Both the position numbers and the translations under genes were made by a program. Source: an uncultured virus (IMG/VR IMGVR_UViG_3300025313_000005) (Duplodnaviria; Heunggongvirae; Uroviricota; Caudoviricetes). From it: 64,000 bases of DNA. The notes under the pieces were generated by a model. The model was not told where the DNA came from. It searched no databases and saw nothing but the letters and a program-made list of their open reading frames with translations. Each line of letters starts with the position of its first letter. The stretch's first letter is position 1. Location: the IMG/VR virus record IMGVR_UViG_3300025313_000005; one strand, 5' to 3'. This document shows, piece by piece, positions 40,109-49,134 of the stretch.

Positions 40109-40999
40109 ATGGCCAATATAGCTTTTATATCACATCACTATAATCTACCGTATGATACGGTGCCCATAGGCGGAGTACAACATCATATCACTAAGATTAC
40201 AGATAAGTTAAAGACCCGTGGACACAAAGTAGACTGGCACTATCATAATAAATCTCAGTATATTAACTGGAAGCAATATACCCATGTAGTTTTCCATGAC
40301 TTTTATTCATATTTAGAAACCCCACCTCACATACATAAGACCATGGTTTACCATGGTTGGGAGGGTACATATCCTTTAAATAGAGATACAGTAGTAGGGC
40401 GTCAGCAACTTGCAGAGAAATGTAGTGGAATTATTAATATAGGTTCCTTCATACCTCAACACTATAAAACACCATGGGGATTGGTGACCTATGGGGCTGT
40501 AGAGGGTAAGCCTGGATTATATAAACCATATAGTGGTACATATACCTATGTAGGAAGATTGAGTGATGATAATGCATTCCCTAAGGTGCTAGAATTTATA
40601 GAAGTGGTGCAAGCGCTTCATGTAGATATTTGCGGAGATGGACCCTACTATGGTAAAATGATACAAGGCATTAATATGGTATATCATGGTTTTACAGATC
40701 CAACACCATATATTCAATCTAACTCTATAGTAATCGTAGGAGGATATCTGACTATCCTAGATGCAGCTTTAGCAGCACGTCCCATAGTGGGACTATATCA
40801 CCACGAATTACGTAGAGACTACTTAGAGATGCACCCAATGTATATCTATACATCAAACGATCCGCATCAATTAGCTAAAGACTTTCTTTCTCATGGAGAA
40901 TTAAGTCGTAAAGAGCACGCATTAAAGAATCAGATAGGTGCAACTATGATGACATGGGATATCGTAGCCGATTTATATGAGAGAGCCATGAGCATATGA
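40109..40999 (+). CDS. Glycosyltransferase, GT-B fold (divergent GT4)
   Basis: IGGVQHH...L..RGHKV; YVGRLSDD; CGDGP; LDAALAARPIV; TWDIVADLYE. Confidence 0.75.
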   Translation: MANIAFISHHYNLPYDTVPIGGVQHHITKITDKLKTRGHKVDWHYHNKSQYINWKQYTHVVFHDFYSYLETPPHIHKTMVYHGWEGTYPLNRDTVVGRQQLAEKCSGIINIGSFIPQHYKTPWGLVTYGAVEGKPGLYKPYSGTYTYVGRLSDDNAFPKVLEFIEVVQALHVDICGDGPYYGKMIQGINMVYHGFTDPTPYIQSNSIVIVGGYLTILDAALAARPIVGLYHHELRRDYLEMHPMYIYTSNDPHQLAKDFLSHGELSRKEHALKNQIGATMMTWDIVADLYERAMSI

Positions 41000-41688
41000 T
41001 AACTATCTTAATGGTTACATACAATAGAGAACAACTACTTGAGCGAGCCTTATGTAGTATAGTCAATCAAACTAATCAGGATTTTAAGGTGGTAATAATT
41101 AACAACGGGGGTCAGCGACCCCACAAACTACTTCGTAAACTAAGACAAGACAATAGAATACAATGGATTAACATAGACAAGACTACATTAGCTGGAGCTC
41201 GCAATGAAGGATTAAAATTAATTACTACTTCACATGTTGCATACTTAGATGACGATGATGTTTACTTGCCTAATCACATAGATGTATTTACACAGCATTT
41301 TCAAGATCATAAAGATTGTACTTTAGCTTATACGCAGTGTGAGTGGATACAAGAAGAAGCCAACAGGATATTTAATTTAACAGGAAGACCTTTTGATAGA
41401 AAACTATTTCTCATAAACAATTATATACCAGTAATATCCATAGCCCATAGAACAGATATATTCCCTCAATTCCAGTTTGATTCAGATCTCCAATATCATG
41501 AAGATTGGGAACTGTGGGGTAGATTAGCCCAACGCTATGATTTTTGCTATATACCAGAAACAACAGCGAGGTATTGCTTCAGACAGGACAATATGTGCAG
41601 GATAAAATATAAGGAGATGATAGCTCACGAAAAAGCTATACGTAAACATCTAAACAATTATGCATCCCTAATTATCGAGAGGAAATAG
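40996..41688 (+). CDS. Glycosyltransferase family 2
   Basis: ILMVTYNR..LL.RAL.SI..QT; ARNEGL; AYLDDDD; EDWELW. Confidence 0.9.
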   Translation: MITILMVTYNREQLLERALCSIVNQTNQDFKVVIINNGGQRPHKLLRKLRQDNRIQWINIDKTTLAGARNEGLKLITTSHVAYLDDDDVYLPNHIDVFTQHFQDHKDCTLAYTQCEWIQEEANRIFNLTGRPFDRKLFLINNYIPVISIAHRTDIFPQFQFDSDLQYHEDWELWGRLAQRYDFCYIPETTARYCFRQDNMCRIKYKEMIAHEKAIRKHLNNYASLIIERK

Positions 41689-41690
41689 TT

Positions 41691-42587
41691 ATGAAGAATA
41701 AACCTATATTAGTATTTCTACTACTAACATTTTTACTTATACTATCTTATGATGTTAAATTACCTAAAACATTACCTACCAATGAACAACTAGATAGTGC
41801 CACCCAAAAAATAACCTATGAGATAGTTGTACCAGTTATGGTCAATCGTATGCCCTCAAAATCTAAATTACAAAAACATATGCGTCTATATAATCGAAAA
41901 CTTACAACATTAGAGTTAGATATAAAAGAGGTAAACACACGAAAGCTATCTCCTAAGACAGTAAATATCACCTTACGCTGGACAGGATCTTCATTTGCAA
42001 TTAAATCAGATAATTCAAGTACAGTCTACTTAACAGCATTTCATGTAGTTGATTGGGAGAACGTAGTGAATATGGTACAAGAAGCCATTAATCAATCAGG
42101 AATTAATGCAAGGATATTAAGTAGGGATATTAAGGTAACAAACAATATGCTATATAAGGACTACCAAATGTACGATGCTCCTTTTAAAGTATTAGGGAAA
42201 GCAAAGTATATGGACGTAGCATTACTACACAGCAATGCTACTAACATCCCAACAGTTAAGCTTGGCAGTAGCAATAAATTAATGATTGGGGATATAGTAA
42301 GGGCAATAGGATCTCCATTGGGATTACAGCATTCTTATTCTGAAGGATACGTTGCTAAGACGCATTCTATTATAGGACTTAGCGACTTCTTACAAGTAGA
42401 TCTATCTATATCGCCAGGCAACAGTGGGTGTATGCTTGTTAACTCTAAGGGAGAAGTAGTAGGCATCATAGATGCGCTAATGGTTGCTAAATATGGGGCA
42501 TCACCTGGATTAGCTATACCAATAGATGATGTTAAAGAATGGATGAAGTACAATGGGTTTGAATACTTAATAAAAGGAAGTAATTAG
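41691..42587 (+). CDS. Membrane-anchored/secreted trypsin-like serine protease (HtrA-type S1C, no PDZ)
   Basis: N-terminal hydrophobic ILVFLLLTFLLIL; catalytic triad TAFHVV, DVALL, PGNSG; AIGSPLGL. Confidence 0.88.
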   Translation: MKNKPILVFLLLTFLLILSYDVKLPKTLPTNEQLDSATQKITYEIVVPVMVNRMPSKSKLQKHMRLYNRKLTTLELDIKEVNTRKLSPKTVNITLRWTGSSFAIKSDNSSTVYLTAFHVVDWENVVNMVQEAINQSGINARILSRDIKVTNNMLYKDYQMYDAPFKVLGKAKYMDVALLHSNATNIPTVKLGSSNKLMIGDIVRAIGSPLGLQHSYSEGYVAKTHSIIGLSDFLQVDLSISPGNSGCMLVNSKGEVVGIIDALMVAKYGASPGLAIPIDDVKEWMKYNGFEYLIKGSN

Positions 42588-42588
42588 C

Positions 42589-43005
42589 ATGTTTGCTATA
42601 CTGCAGATTATTACAGTAAATAGTTGGATGTTTACAGTGCTTATATTAACTCGTGTGATTGATTTATTGGTTACCGTTATAGAACAGCGTAAGAGCGGTA
42701 AGTTTGAAATGGGTAAGCTATCTCACTTCTTAGATAGACTTGTTCAACGCATACTTATAGTTATATTATTTCTATGTTTAGGCGCTTACATGGAAGTGGG
42801 TATATTAGCAGCTAGTTTAGTAGTTGCCATAACAGTTCTAGAAGAAGCTAAATCCATAGCAGAGTCCGCTAATCTTACCTTATTAGTTGGTCTTATTGAG
42901 AAATTTGAAGGTAAACTACAGGATACAAATCCTGTAGTGAGTACTGCAGTTGAGGAAGCAGTAGAAGAAAACAAAAATAAATTTACTAAAGAAGATATAG
43001 TTTAG
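42589..43005 (+). CDS. Holin (phage holin 4 / toxin-secretion-like)
   Basis: Three hydrophobic segments; IDLL...; EEAKSIAES resembles the E..SI.EN motif; charged C-terminus. Confidence 0.65.
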   Translation: MFAILQIITVNSWMFTVLILTRVIDLLVTVIEQRKSGKFEMGKLSHFLDRLVQRILIVILFLCLGAYMEVGILAASLVVAITVLEEAKSIAESANLTLLVGLIEKFEGKLQDTNPVVSTAVEEAVEENKNKFTKEDIV

Positions 43006-43011
43006 ACATAT

Positions 43012-43842
43012 ATGTTATTACCACCAGTCAAGTACGCCCTTCAACAGCTAGTACGTAAAGCAGAAGCCCAAGCAGCCACTAGACCAGCTGCAATTTTTGC
43101 TACAATTGAAACCTTAGCATCATCAGCCATGAAAAAACTGGGAGTTACTTCTATAGATAAGGCTAGATATGCTCGTGGCATAGGGGGTTTACGGCAGTGG
43201 TTGGGGAGAAAGGGGATAGGCGCAGAATATAATCAAAGTTTCTTAGAAAATCTAGCACAATCTCAGGCAGCAGGCACTGGTGAGACAAGTATCGAACATG
43301 GAAAAAGTATTATTTCTGAGATGCTACAAGAAGGCACATTAAGTACTTCTCCAGCTGATTTGTCCAAATTAGTAGTATCAAAAGATCCGCTTGTTGGAAT
43401 TAAACCAGAATATTTAACACTAAGTGAGAGCGAACTTAGTGCAATTATTAAATATACTCGTTCTGAAGCGCAGGATCGACAATATTGGATTTCTACAAGA
43501 CTAGCACGTAAGAAATATCAGGAAGAATTAGATAAAGTAGCGTCTTTAAAGGAACAACTACAGGAATCCAGATTGGGATACAGTGGCCCCTCAGCAGAAG
43601 ACATTTCAACATATGAGACAGTTGAAGATTTTAAGATGTATGAGATCAAGCGGAAACAACTCATACACGATCGTGCTATAGCACACGAAAAACAAAAGGA
43701 AGTCATTAAAATGCGATCACTACCTGCACCAACAGAACAAAATCCAATAAAAACCAACAAGAAACGAATACAACACCAAGTGCGAGATCAAAAAACTAAA
43801 CAAGGACATTTATTTCAAGGACCAGGAGGTTCGATATTGTGA
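43012..43842 (+). CDS. Hypothetical helical protein
   Basis: 276-aa ORF in the operon; no recognised motif. Confidence 0.55.
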   Translation: MLLPPVKYALQQLVRKAEAQAATRPAAIFATIETLASSAMKKLGVTSIDKARYARGIGGLRQWLGRKGIGAEYNQSFLENLAQSQAAGTGETSIEHGKSIISEMLQEGTLSTSPADLSKLVVSKDPLVGIKPEYLTLSESELSAIIKYTRSEAQDRQYWISTRLARKKYQEELDKVASLKEQLQESRLGYSGPSAEDISTYETVEDFKMYEIKRKQLIHDRAIAHEKQKEVIKMRSLPAPTEQNPIKTNKKRIQHQVRDQKTKQGHLFQGPGGSIL

Positions 43843-44723
43843 GAACTATAAAACGCAGCTTAAGAAGTAAGGCTCCACCAGAAGGATATATTTCTCTATC
43901 AGTAGCTATGACAGGGGTTATATTGATTCTCATAGGTATTATTATAATGGGATATTTATTTATACTAAAACCTATACAACAACAAAACCAATTACTTGCA
44001 TTACAACTTCAAGCCATGGCCAATAGACCCACAGATAAAGTACCGCTATCTAATAACCCATTACCGCCAGTTAACATACTAATACCCGCATTAGCTGGCA
44101 ATAATCCACTAGTTACATCACCCAATATTACATTAGGTAATTTACCAGCAATAGAGCGTGGAGCTACAGAAGCACTATCTAAAGCCCTAAACATACCACT
44201 AGGAGAAGCATCTAGTTTACTCCAGAATCTAATCAATCAGAAGAAGAAATTAGGCGTTAAGATTACAACAGACGCATCCTCAGTGGCTAAAGCAGAACCT
44301 ATTAAAATTACACCAAAAGAAGATGATAAAAAACCAATTACTGATATGTCTAAAGGAGAACTTAAACAGAGCGTAGCTGATGCAGTTAGAGAACAGGTTA
44401 ATAATACTAAGATAGAGACGATAGTTAAGCCCAAGGCAGAGATAATAGAACTACCTACTAAGCACAGTAGGTGGAGTGCTATTTATTCCACCTACGGACA
44501 AGGTATGAGCTATACGGTAGGTGAAGGTCGCATACCTTTTGTAGGTAAAATTAATTATGATGCTATGTTAATTAAACGCCGAGGAGGAGACGATCTCGCA
44601 GTAGGTTTAGGTGTCTCGAAAGACCTAAACAAGAACAGAGATTATTTTGTGGGCGTAGGTGTTGCTGTGCCCTTTAGTGGCACGGGTATTGAGCCGATGG
44701 CATACATAGGCGTTCGGTTTTAG
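43839..44723 (+). CDS. Spanin-like protein: N-terminal TM anchor, linker, C-terminal amphipathic beta-strands ending in Phe
   Basis: TM VAMTGVILILIGIIIMGYLFIL; C-terminus LAVGLGVS...YFVGVGVA...MAYIGVRF; AGGAGG RBS. Confidence 0.45.
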   Translation: MRTIKRSLRSKAPPEGYISLSVAMTGVILILIGIIIMGYLFILKPIQQQNQLLALQLQAMANRPTDKVPLSNNPLPPVNILIPALAGNNPLVTSPNITLGNLPAIERGATEALSKALNIPLGEASSLLQNLINQKKKLGVKITTDASSVAKAEPIKITPKEDDKKPITDMSKGELKQSVADAVREQVNNTKIETIVKPKAEIIELPTKHSRWSAIYSTYGQGMSYTVGEGRIPFVGKINYDAMLIKRRGGDDLAVGLGVSKDLNKNRDYFVGVGVAVPFSGTGIEPMAYIGVRF

Positions 44724-44724
44724 G

Positions 44725-44753
44725 TTGACATATATAGACTAAATGAATATAAT
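44725..44753 (+). promoter_or_regulatory. Perfect consensus sigma70/sigmaA promoter for the replication module
   Basis: TTGACA (44725-30), 17 bp spacer, TATAAT (44748-53). Confidence 0.92.
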
Positions 44754-44759
44754 ATAGAC

Positions 44760-45293
44760 ATGAATATACTTCAAGGAATACAAATATCTAAAAATAGTTC
44801 AGTAGATGAACTAGTAGGGATACTCATAAAAGTATCCCCTACTAGTTTAATTGAATTTGAAGAACCTACTCTTTTAAATATTGGGGAAACAGCTACATGG
44901 ATGATAGCTTGTCATCTAGAAATACCTGCTAATGATGATAAAGATATGGTAATTAGAACGATATGGTCCTCAGCTCCTTCTACATTTACCATAGAAGACG
45001 TACAGCGTTACGCCCTTCTAGAGACAATGAGATATTGTGGAGCAGTTTTAGTTGATGATGCGGTATCTCTGGAAAATATTGAGGTTCAACCTGAGCCTGA
45101 ACCCATCACAGAGCGTCAGCGATTTAAGAACTTAAAAACAAGGCTTGGTATTAAGAAGAATGAAGAACTAAATGAACACGTACATAATTTCTCAGCAGGG
45201 ACATTAGAGTCTATAAGAGATATTAACTCTACTAATATTAAGGAGTTTAACGATTACTTATTAGAAGTATTAAGTAATATAGAAAGTGTATAA
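44760..45293 (+). CDS. Hypothetical protein, probably translated from a leaderless mRNA
   Basis: The A of the ATG is the 7th base after the -10 box; no SD sequence. Confidence 0.6.
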   Translation: MNILQGIQISKNSSVDELVGILIKVSPTSLIEFEEPTLLNIGETATWMIACHLEIPANDDKDMVIRTIWSSAPSTFTIEDVQRYALLETMRYCGAVLVDDAVSLENIEVQPEPEPITERQRFKNLKTRLGIKKNEELNEHVHNFSAGTLESIRDINSTNIKEFNDYLLEVLSNIESV

Positions 45294-45317
45294 ACTAATT
45301 AGGAGCTGGCACTACCT

Positions 45318-46439
45318 ATGACACAACCAAACGTAATAGAATACGGATGGCGATTTCGTACGAGCACAAACGAAGCTCTTGCACGAAATCGCTTTACTTA
45401 TTGGCCAGCTAATACAGAATTAGCCCAACTTAAAGATAGGTGGTCAGTTACAGATACATTTACTACCTACCTAAGATACGAAGGTATACCAGAAGATTAT
45501 ATAAATGAATCTATTAAACAAGAAGAAGCCATTAAATATGGTCCTATGGTATTTGATCTTGATAGTCAAGACGCAAGTACACCAGAAGCTAATTGGAAGT
45601 TAGTTGTATTCGAACTAACTAAGATAGTTAAATATTTTGAATCAGAATGGTATTTACCTAGTCATGCAATACAATGGTTCTTTAGTGGCAGTAAGGGAGT
45701 GCATGGTATTATAGAACCAGAGGTATTAGATATAATACCACACAAACATTTACATATTATATACAGAAGACTGGCAGAGCTAGTTATAGAAATGACAGGA
45801 GTAACCACCTTAGATCTACGTGTATATGATGCACGTAGATTATTTAGAGTACCCCTAACAAGACACGGTAAAACAAACTTATTTAAAATACCCCTAACCT
45901 TGACAGATACACAACTACTCACGTATAATGAAATTTGCCAGATGGCACAGAAACCCATTACACGTCATTGTTATGAGAACGTAAGTATCCATACAAGAAC
46001 ACGTATTATGATACAACTACTTATTAAAGAAACAGCAAGGATAGAAGAACAAAAACTTAAACGTTTACGCGAACACAATACAAGTATTAATGTAAATACA
46101 GAAGATATACCGTGTGTACAAAAGATGCTTATGGAAGGGGTACGCCAAGGTAAACGAAATGAGAGTGCAGCCGCTCTTGCCTCTCACTTTAGACAGACAG
46201 GGATGGATATTGATACTACCGTTGCCATTATAATAGATTGGGCGCAGCTTAAATGCGATCCACCAATTATAGATGATAGAGAATTACGTGAGATAGAAAA
46301 CACAGTTAGATATCAATTCTCAGCTCGTGGTAAAACATATGGATGTCCCAAATTCAAAGAACTATCAGGTATATGTGTTCCAGAACATTGTGCGTTTAAA
46401 AATAAATATCAGATACACAACAAGGAGATTAATAACTAA
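45318..46439 (+). CDS. Archaeo-eukaryotic-type primase (AEP) with PriCT-like and Cys-rich C-terminal domain
   Basis: FDLD; FSGSKGVH; D..VYD.RRLFR.P.T.H.KT; GKRNESA..LA; four Cys (IPC, YGC, GIC, HC). Confidence 0.85.
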   Translation: MTQPNVIEYGWRFRTSTNEALARNRFTYWPANTELAQLKDRWSVTDTFTTYLRYEGIPEDYINESIKQEEAIKYGPMVFDLDSQDASTPEANWKLVVFELTKIVKYFESEWYLPSHAIQWFFSGSKGVHGIIEPEVLDIIPHKHLHIIYRRLAELVIEMTGVTTLDLRVYDARRLFRVPLTRHGKTNLFKIPLTLTDTQLLTYNEICQMAQKPITRHCYENVSIHTRTRIMIQLLIKETARIEEQKLKRLREHNTSINVNTEDIPCVQKMLMEGVRQGKRNESAAALASHFRQTGMDIDTTVAIIIDWAQLKCDPPIIDDRELREIENTVRYQFSARGKTYGCPKFKELSGICVPEHCAFKNKYQIHNKEINN

Positions 46440-46441
46440 AT

Positions 46442-47491
46442 ATGGATAATCCAAATATTGTTAAAGTAAAGGAAGCAGTTGATGAACAATTAACTCAAGC
46501 GCCTTTTTATGAACAGAGAACTAAGTCTACTATTAATTTATTAGAAGAAGAATCGTGGAGTCAACGTGAGGAAGGGGGATATAAGGTAGAGTTTCCACGT
46601 CTTATGAATGCTTTCGAAGGAATATCTAAGGGATTCTATATTATCGCAGGAGAAACCAATATAGGGAAATCAGCAATTATGATGGCAATTGCATGGCAAT
46701 TAGCACGTAATAACGATCCCATACATGTAATATACTATGCCATAGATGATGATGAAACAGTTATCGCAGCTAGATTACTGGCGATGATGGCTAGAATACC
46801 TATATCAGTGGTGGTTAAACCTAAGAAGTGGCAGAAGACCCATCCAGAATTAGTATTGCGTAGAGATCAAGCAATCAAAGAATTCAGGGAGACAGTACCC
46901 AAATCATTCTCTATAGTATCTTCAGTACATCTAGGAGGTAATAGTATAGAGCTAGTAACTAAAGATGTTGCTAGGATATACAATGACGTACAGGCACGTT
47001 ATGGTCATAAGAATATAGTAGTATGCGTAGATGCCCTACATGATCTAACAACTACATCATATAAACTAAACGAATCAGTTGCTGCTACTAAATATATATC
47101 ATCACAACTTAAAGATGAGATAATGAAGAAATATAAAGTACCAGTATTAGTAACAGCAGAACTTAGAAAGTCAGATAAGCAGAAACTAAATGCCCGCCCT
47201 ACACTAGATGATATTAGGGATAGTTCAGCTATTAAATATGACAGCGATGTTGCTATGTTATGTTATTCGGAAGTTCAATTAAATCTACCAGACCCCAAGG
47301 TGTATTATACGAGATCAGATAAACCTTCCTATCAGAAGTTTCCTGTATTAGAAGTTAACGTTCTCAAAAACAAACTCAGTGACTTTAAGGCTCATCTCTT
47401 CTATGAATTAGTACCCGAGATGTCAGTACTCCACGAAGCAGATGAGACTCGGAGTCGATACTATCTTGACGCCATCAATGGTTTAGTGTAA
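46442..47491 (+). CDS. dnaB: DnaB-like replicative helicase (SF4 C-terminal domain)
   Basis: Walker A AGETNIGKS; VCVDALH; AELRK...RPTLDDIRDSSAIKYDSD; VLKNK. Confidence 0.85.
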   Translation: MDNPNIVKVKEAVDEQLTQAPFYEQRTKSTINLLEEESWSQREEGGYKVEFPRLMNAFEGISKGFYIIAGETNIGKSAIMMAIAWQLARNNDPIHVIYYAIDDDETVIAARLLAMMARIPISVVVKPKKWQKTHPELVLRRDQAIKEFRETVPKSFSIVSSVHLGGNSIELVTKDVARIYNDVQARYGHKNIVVCVDALHDLTTTSYKLNESVAATKYISSQLKDEIMKKYKVPVLVTAELRKSDKQKLNARPTLDDIRDSSAIKYDSDVAMLCYSEVQLNLPDPKVYYTRSDKPSYQKFPVLEVNVLKNKLSDFKAHLFYELVPEMSVLHEADETRSRYYLDAINGLV

Positions 47492-47494
47492 TAT
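47466..47494 (+). promoter_or_regulatory. Possible sigma70/sigmaA promoter
   Basis: TTGACG (47466-71), 17 bp spacer, TAATAT (47489-94), upstream of ORF 47530. Confidence 0.45.
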
Positions 47495-47529
47495 ATACAT
47501 AGACGATATTATTATACGAGGTATTACTT

Positions 47530-47772
47530 ATGCAATCTCCATTAGATAATAAAATAATACAAGCTTTGTTCGATGTAGCTACTACACAACCTCTCTCAGA
47601 AGAGAGAAGGGGAATCGATAAGGCAGCAGAAGAACTGTTTCCTGGTGCAACCACTGCCTTATCAGCAGCTATGGCATTCGCAAAGCGTACTCTTGACATG
47701 AAACATTATAATTTTTTTATGGGTGCTCTAATGATGTTGTATGCACTCACGACAATTAAGAAAGGAGGTTAG
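47530..47772 (+). CDS. Hypothetical protein
   Basis: GAGG RBS; 80 aa. Confidence 0.55.
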   Translation: MQSPLDNKIIQALFDVATTQPLSEERRGIDKAAEELFPGATTALSAAMAFAKRTLDMKHYNFFMGALMMLYALTTIKKGG

Positions 47773-47774
47773 TT

Positions 47775-48119
47775 ATGGCTAATGATCCAATGCAGAATAT
47801 GGCAAATATGCTCAATCAAATAGCTCCTGCATTCTCACAACGTCCTATCTATTGTCAGTTTTGTGGAAAGCCCATACTAGGCCTTAGTGATGAATTCAGT
47901 GGCGTACCCTTGTCTGATGACCCAGCTATTCAACAATTAGAACTCTCTAAGCGTGCTCATGTGCAATGCTCTGTTCGTAGTGCAGAAAAGAAGAATGCTG
48001 TAGTTAAAGATACTATTAATGCTGATATAGCTATTTTCGAAAGATTACCTGATGCAGAAAAAGAACGTCTCTTTGAAGCAGGTTCAGATCCGTATACTAA
48101 ACACGGATTACAACCTTAG
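47775..48119 (+). CDS. Hypothetical protein with possible Zn site (CxxC...HxxC)
   Basis: AGGAGG RBS; YCQFCGKP...AHVQC. Confidence 0.6.
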   Translation: MANDPMQNMANMLNQIAPAFSQRPIYCQFCGKPILGLSDEFSGVPLSDDPAIQQLELSKRAHVQCSVRSAEKKNAVVKDTINADIAIFERLPDAEKERLFEAGSDPYTKHGLQP

Positions 48120-48152
48120 TTATTAGCAACTCCTTTCATATACGGTGCTCTA

Positions 48153-49085
48153 GTGGATATAACAGTTAAACAACTTCAGACCTTTATAGGTTGTCCATTA
48201 CAGCACCAATTTCTTTTCTTAGAGAATAAACTAGTTTTAGAAGAAGAACCTCATCTACAAGATAAGATACACATAGATCTCAAAGAACTTATAGAGTATA
48301 CCTACACAGAAGAACTACTAGGTCATATTACATTAGAATCAGTTCTTCGTAATCGTCTAGCACTTATGTGGCGCACAAAAATTAATCCATTAGAACATGA
48401 CTATAAAGTTAGTAGTCATGGTAGTCTACTTATGACAGGTGCAGAGAAATTACTTAAAGGTGGATATGATGCACTTCATAGGTTTGTTAACTGGAGAAAG
48501 AGTAGGCCAATACACAAACCCATGTCTGTTAATGAAAGTTTTCGAATACCATGCGGAAGACACTACATAGTTGGTCAACTACCTGTTGTTCGATATTGCC
48601 CACAATACGATAGTATATCTATATTGGATATTAGAGCATCTGCTATGGGTACATCTATATCTGAGGAACACCATATGTTATATACGTCATGGTGTATGGC
48701 TATAGAATACATATATGGGAAACCAATTAATGAGGTTACTGTCTTATGGACAGATCGTAAGGGTAGAAACATTACATCTAGGGTAGTTATACAAGTATGG
48801 AGAAAGCAATACCTTAAGAGGCTTGTGGATAGTGTCGGTCACGCTATGCAACTCCGTGTAGTATATCCAATTAAAGGAGGTAGGTGCTCTACTTGTCCTT
48901 TTACTAAAGAATGTGATTCCTGGCTCATATACGGCTCTCGTAAGCCGCTATTTACTAACAGGGAGGGATTGCCATGGGAAGAACCAAAGGAACAAACGGA
49001 AACAGAGGATATAGAAGTGGAAGAAGTAGCTCAACTAATTACAAACTCCAAAGATGTATTGATACCCCATAATTTGAGTAAGTAA
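48153..49085 (+). CDS. PD-(D/E)XK/Cas4-like nuclease family protein with a degenerate active site
   Basis: QLQTFIGCP at the N-terminus and CSTCPFTKEC near the C-terminus (1+3 Cys pattern); expected G.iD and DxK motifs read GQLP and ILDIR. Confidence 0.65.
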   Translation: MDITVKQLQTFIGCPLQHQFLFLENKLVLEEEPHLQDKIHIDLKELIEYTYTEELLGHITLESVLRNRLALMWRTKINPLEHDYKVSSHGSLLMTGAEKLLKGGYDALHRFVNWRKSRPIHKPMSVNESFRIPCGRHYIVGQLPVVRYCPQYDSISILDIRASAMGTSISEEHHMLYTSWCMAIEYIYGKPINEVTVLWTDRKGRNITSRVVIQVWRKQYLKRLVDSVGHAMQLRVVYPIKGGRCSTCPFTKECDSWLIYGSRKPLFTNREGLPWEEPKEQTETEDIEVEEVAQLITNSKDVLIPHNLSK

Positions 49086-49090
49086 ATCAA

Positions 49091-49119
49091 TTGACATTAC
49101 ATTTTCAATATGGTACGAT
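49091..49119 (+). promoter_or_regulatory. sigma70/sigmaA promoter with extended -10
   Basis: TTGACA (49091-96), 17 bp spacer, TACGAT (49114-19), TG at 49111-12; AGGAG RBS follows. Confidence 0.75.
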
Positions 49120-49134
49120 ATAGGAGATAAAACC

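Noticed and set aside
35049..41688. Bacterial capsule/LPS locus (host chromosome rather than phage)
   Set aside because: No wzx/wzy/ABC export or sugar-synthesis genes; the cassette is co-oriented and tightly joined to phage lysis genes on both sides.
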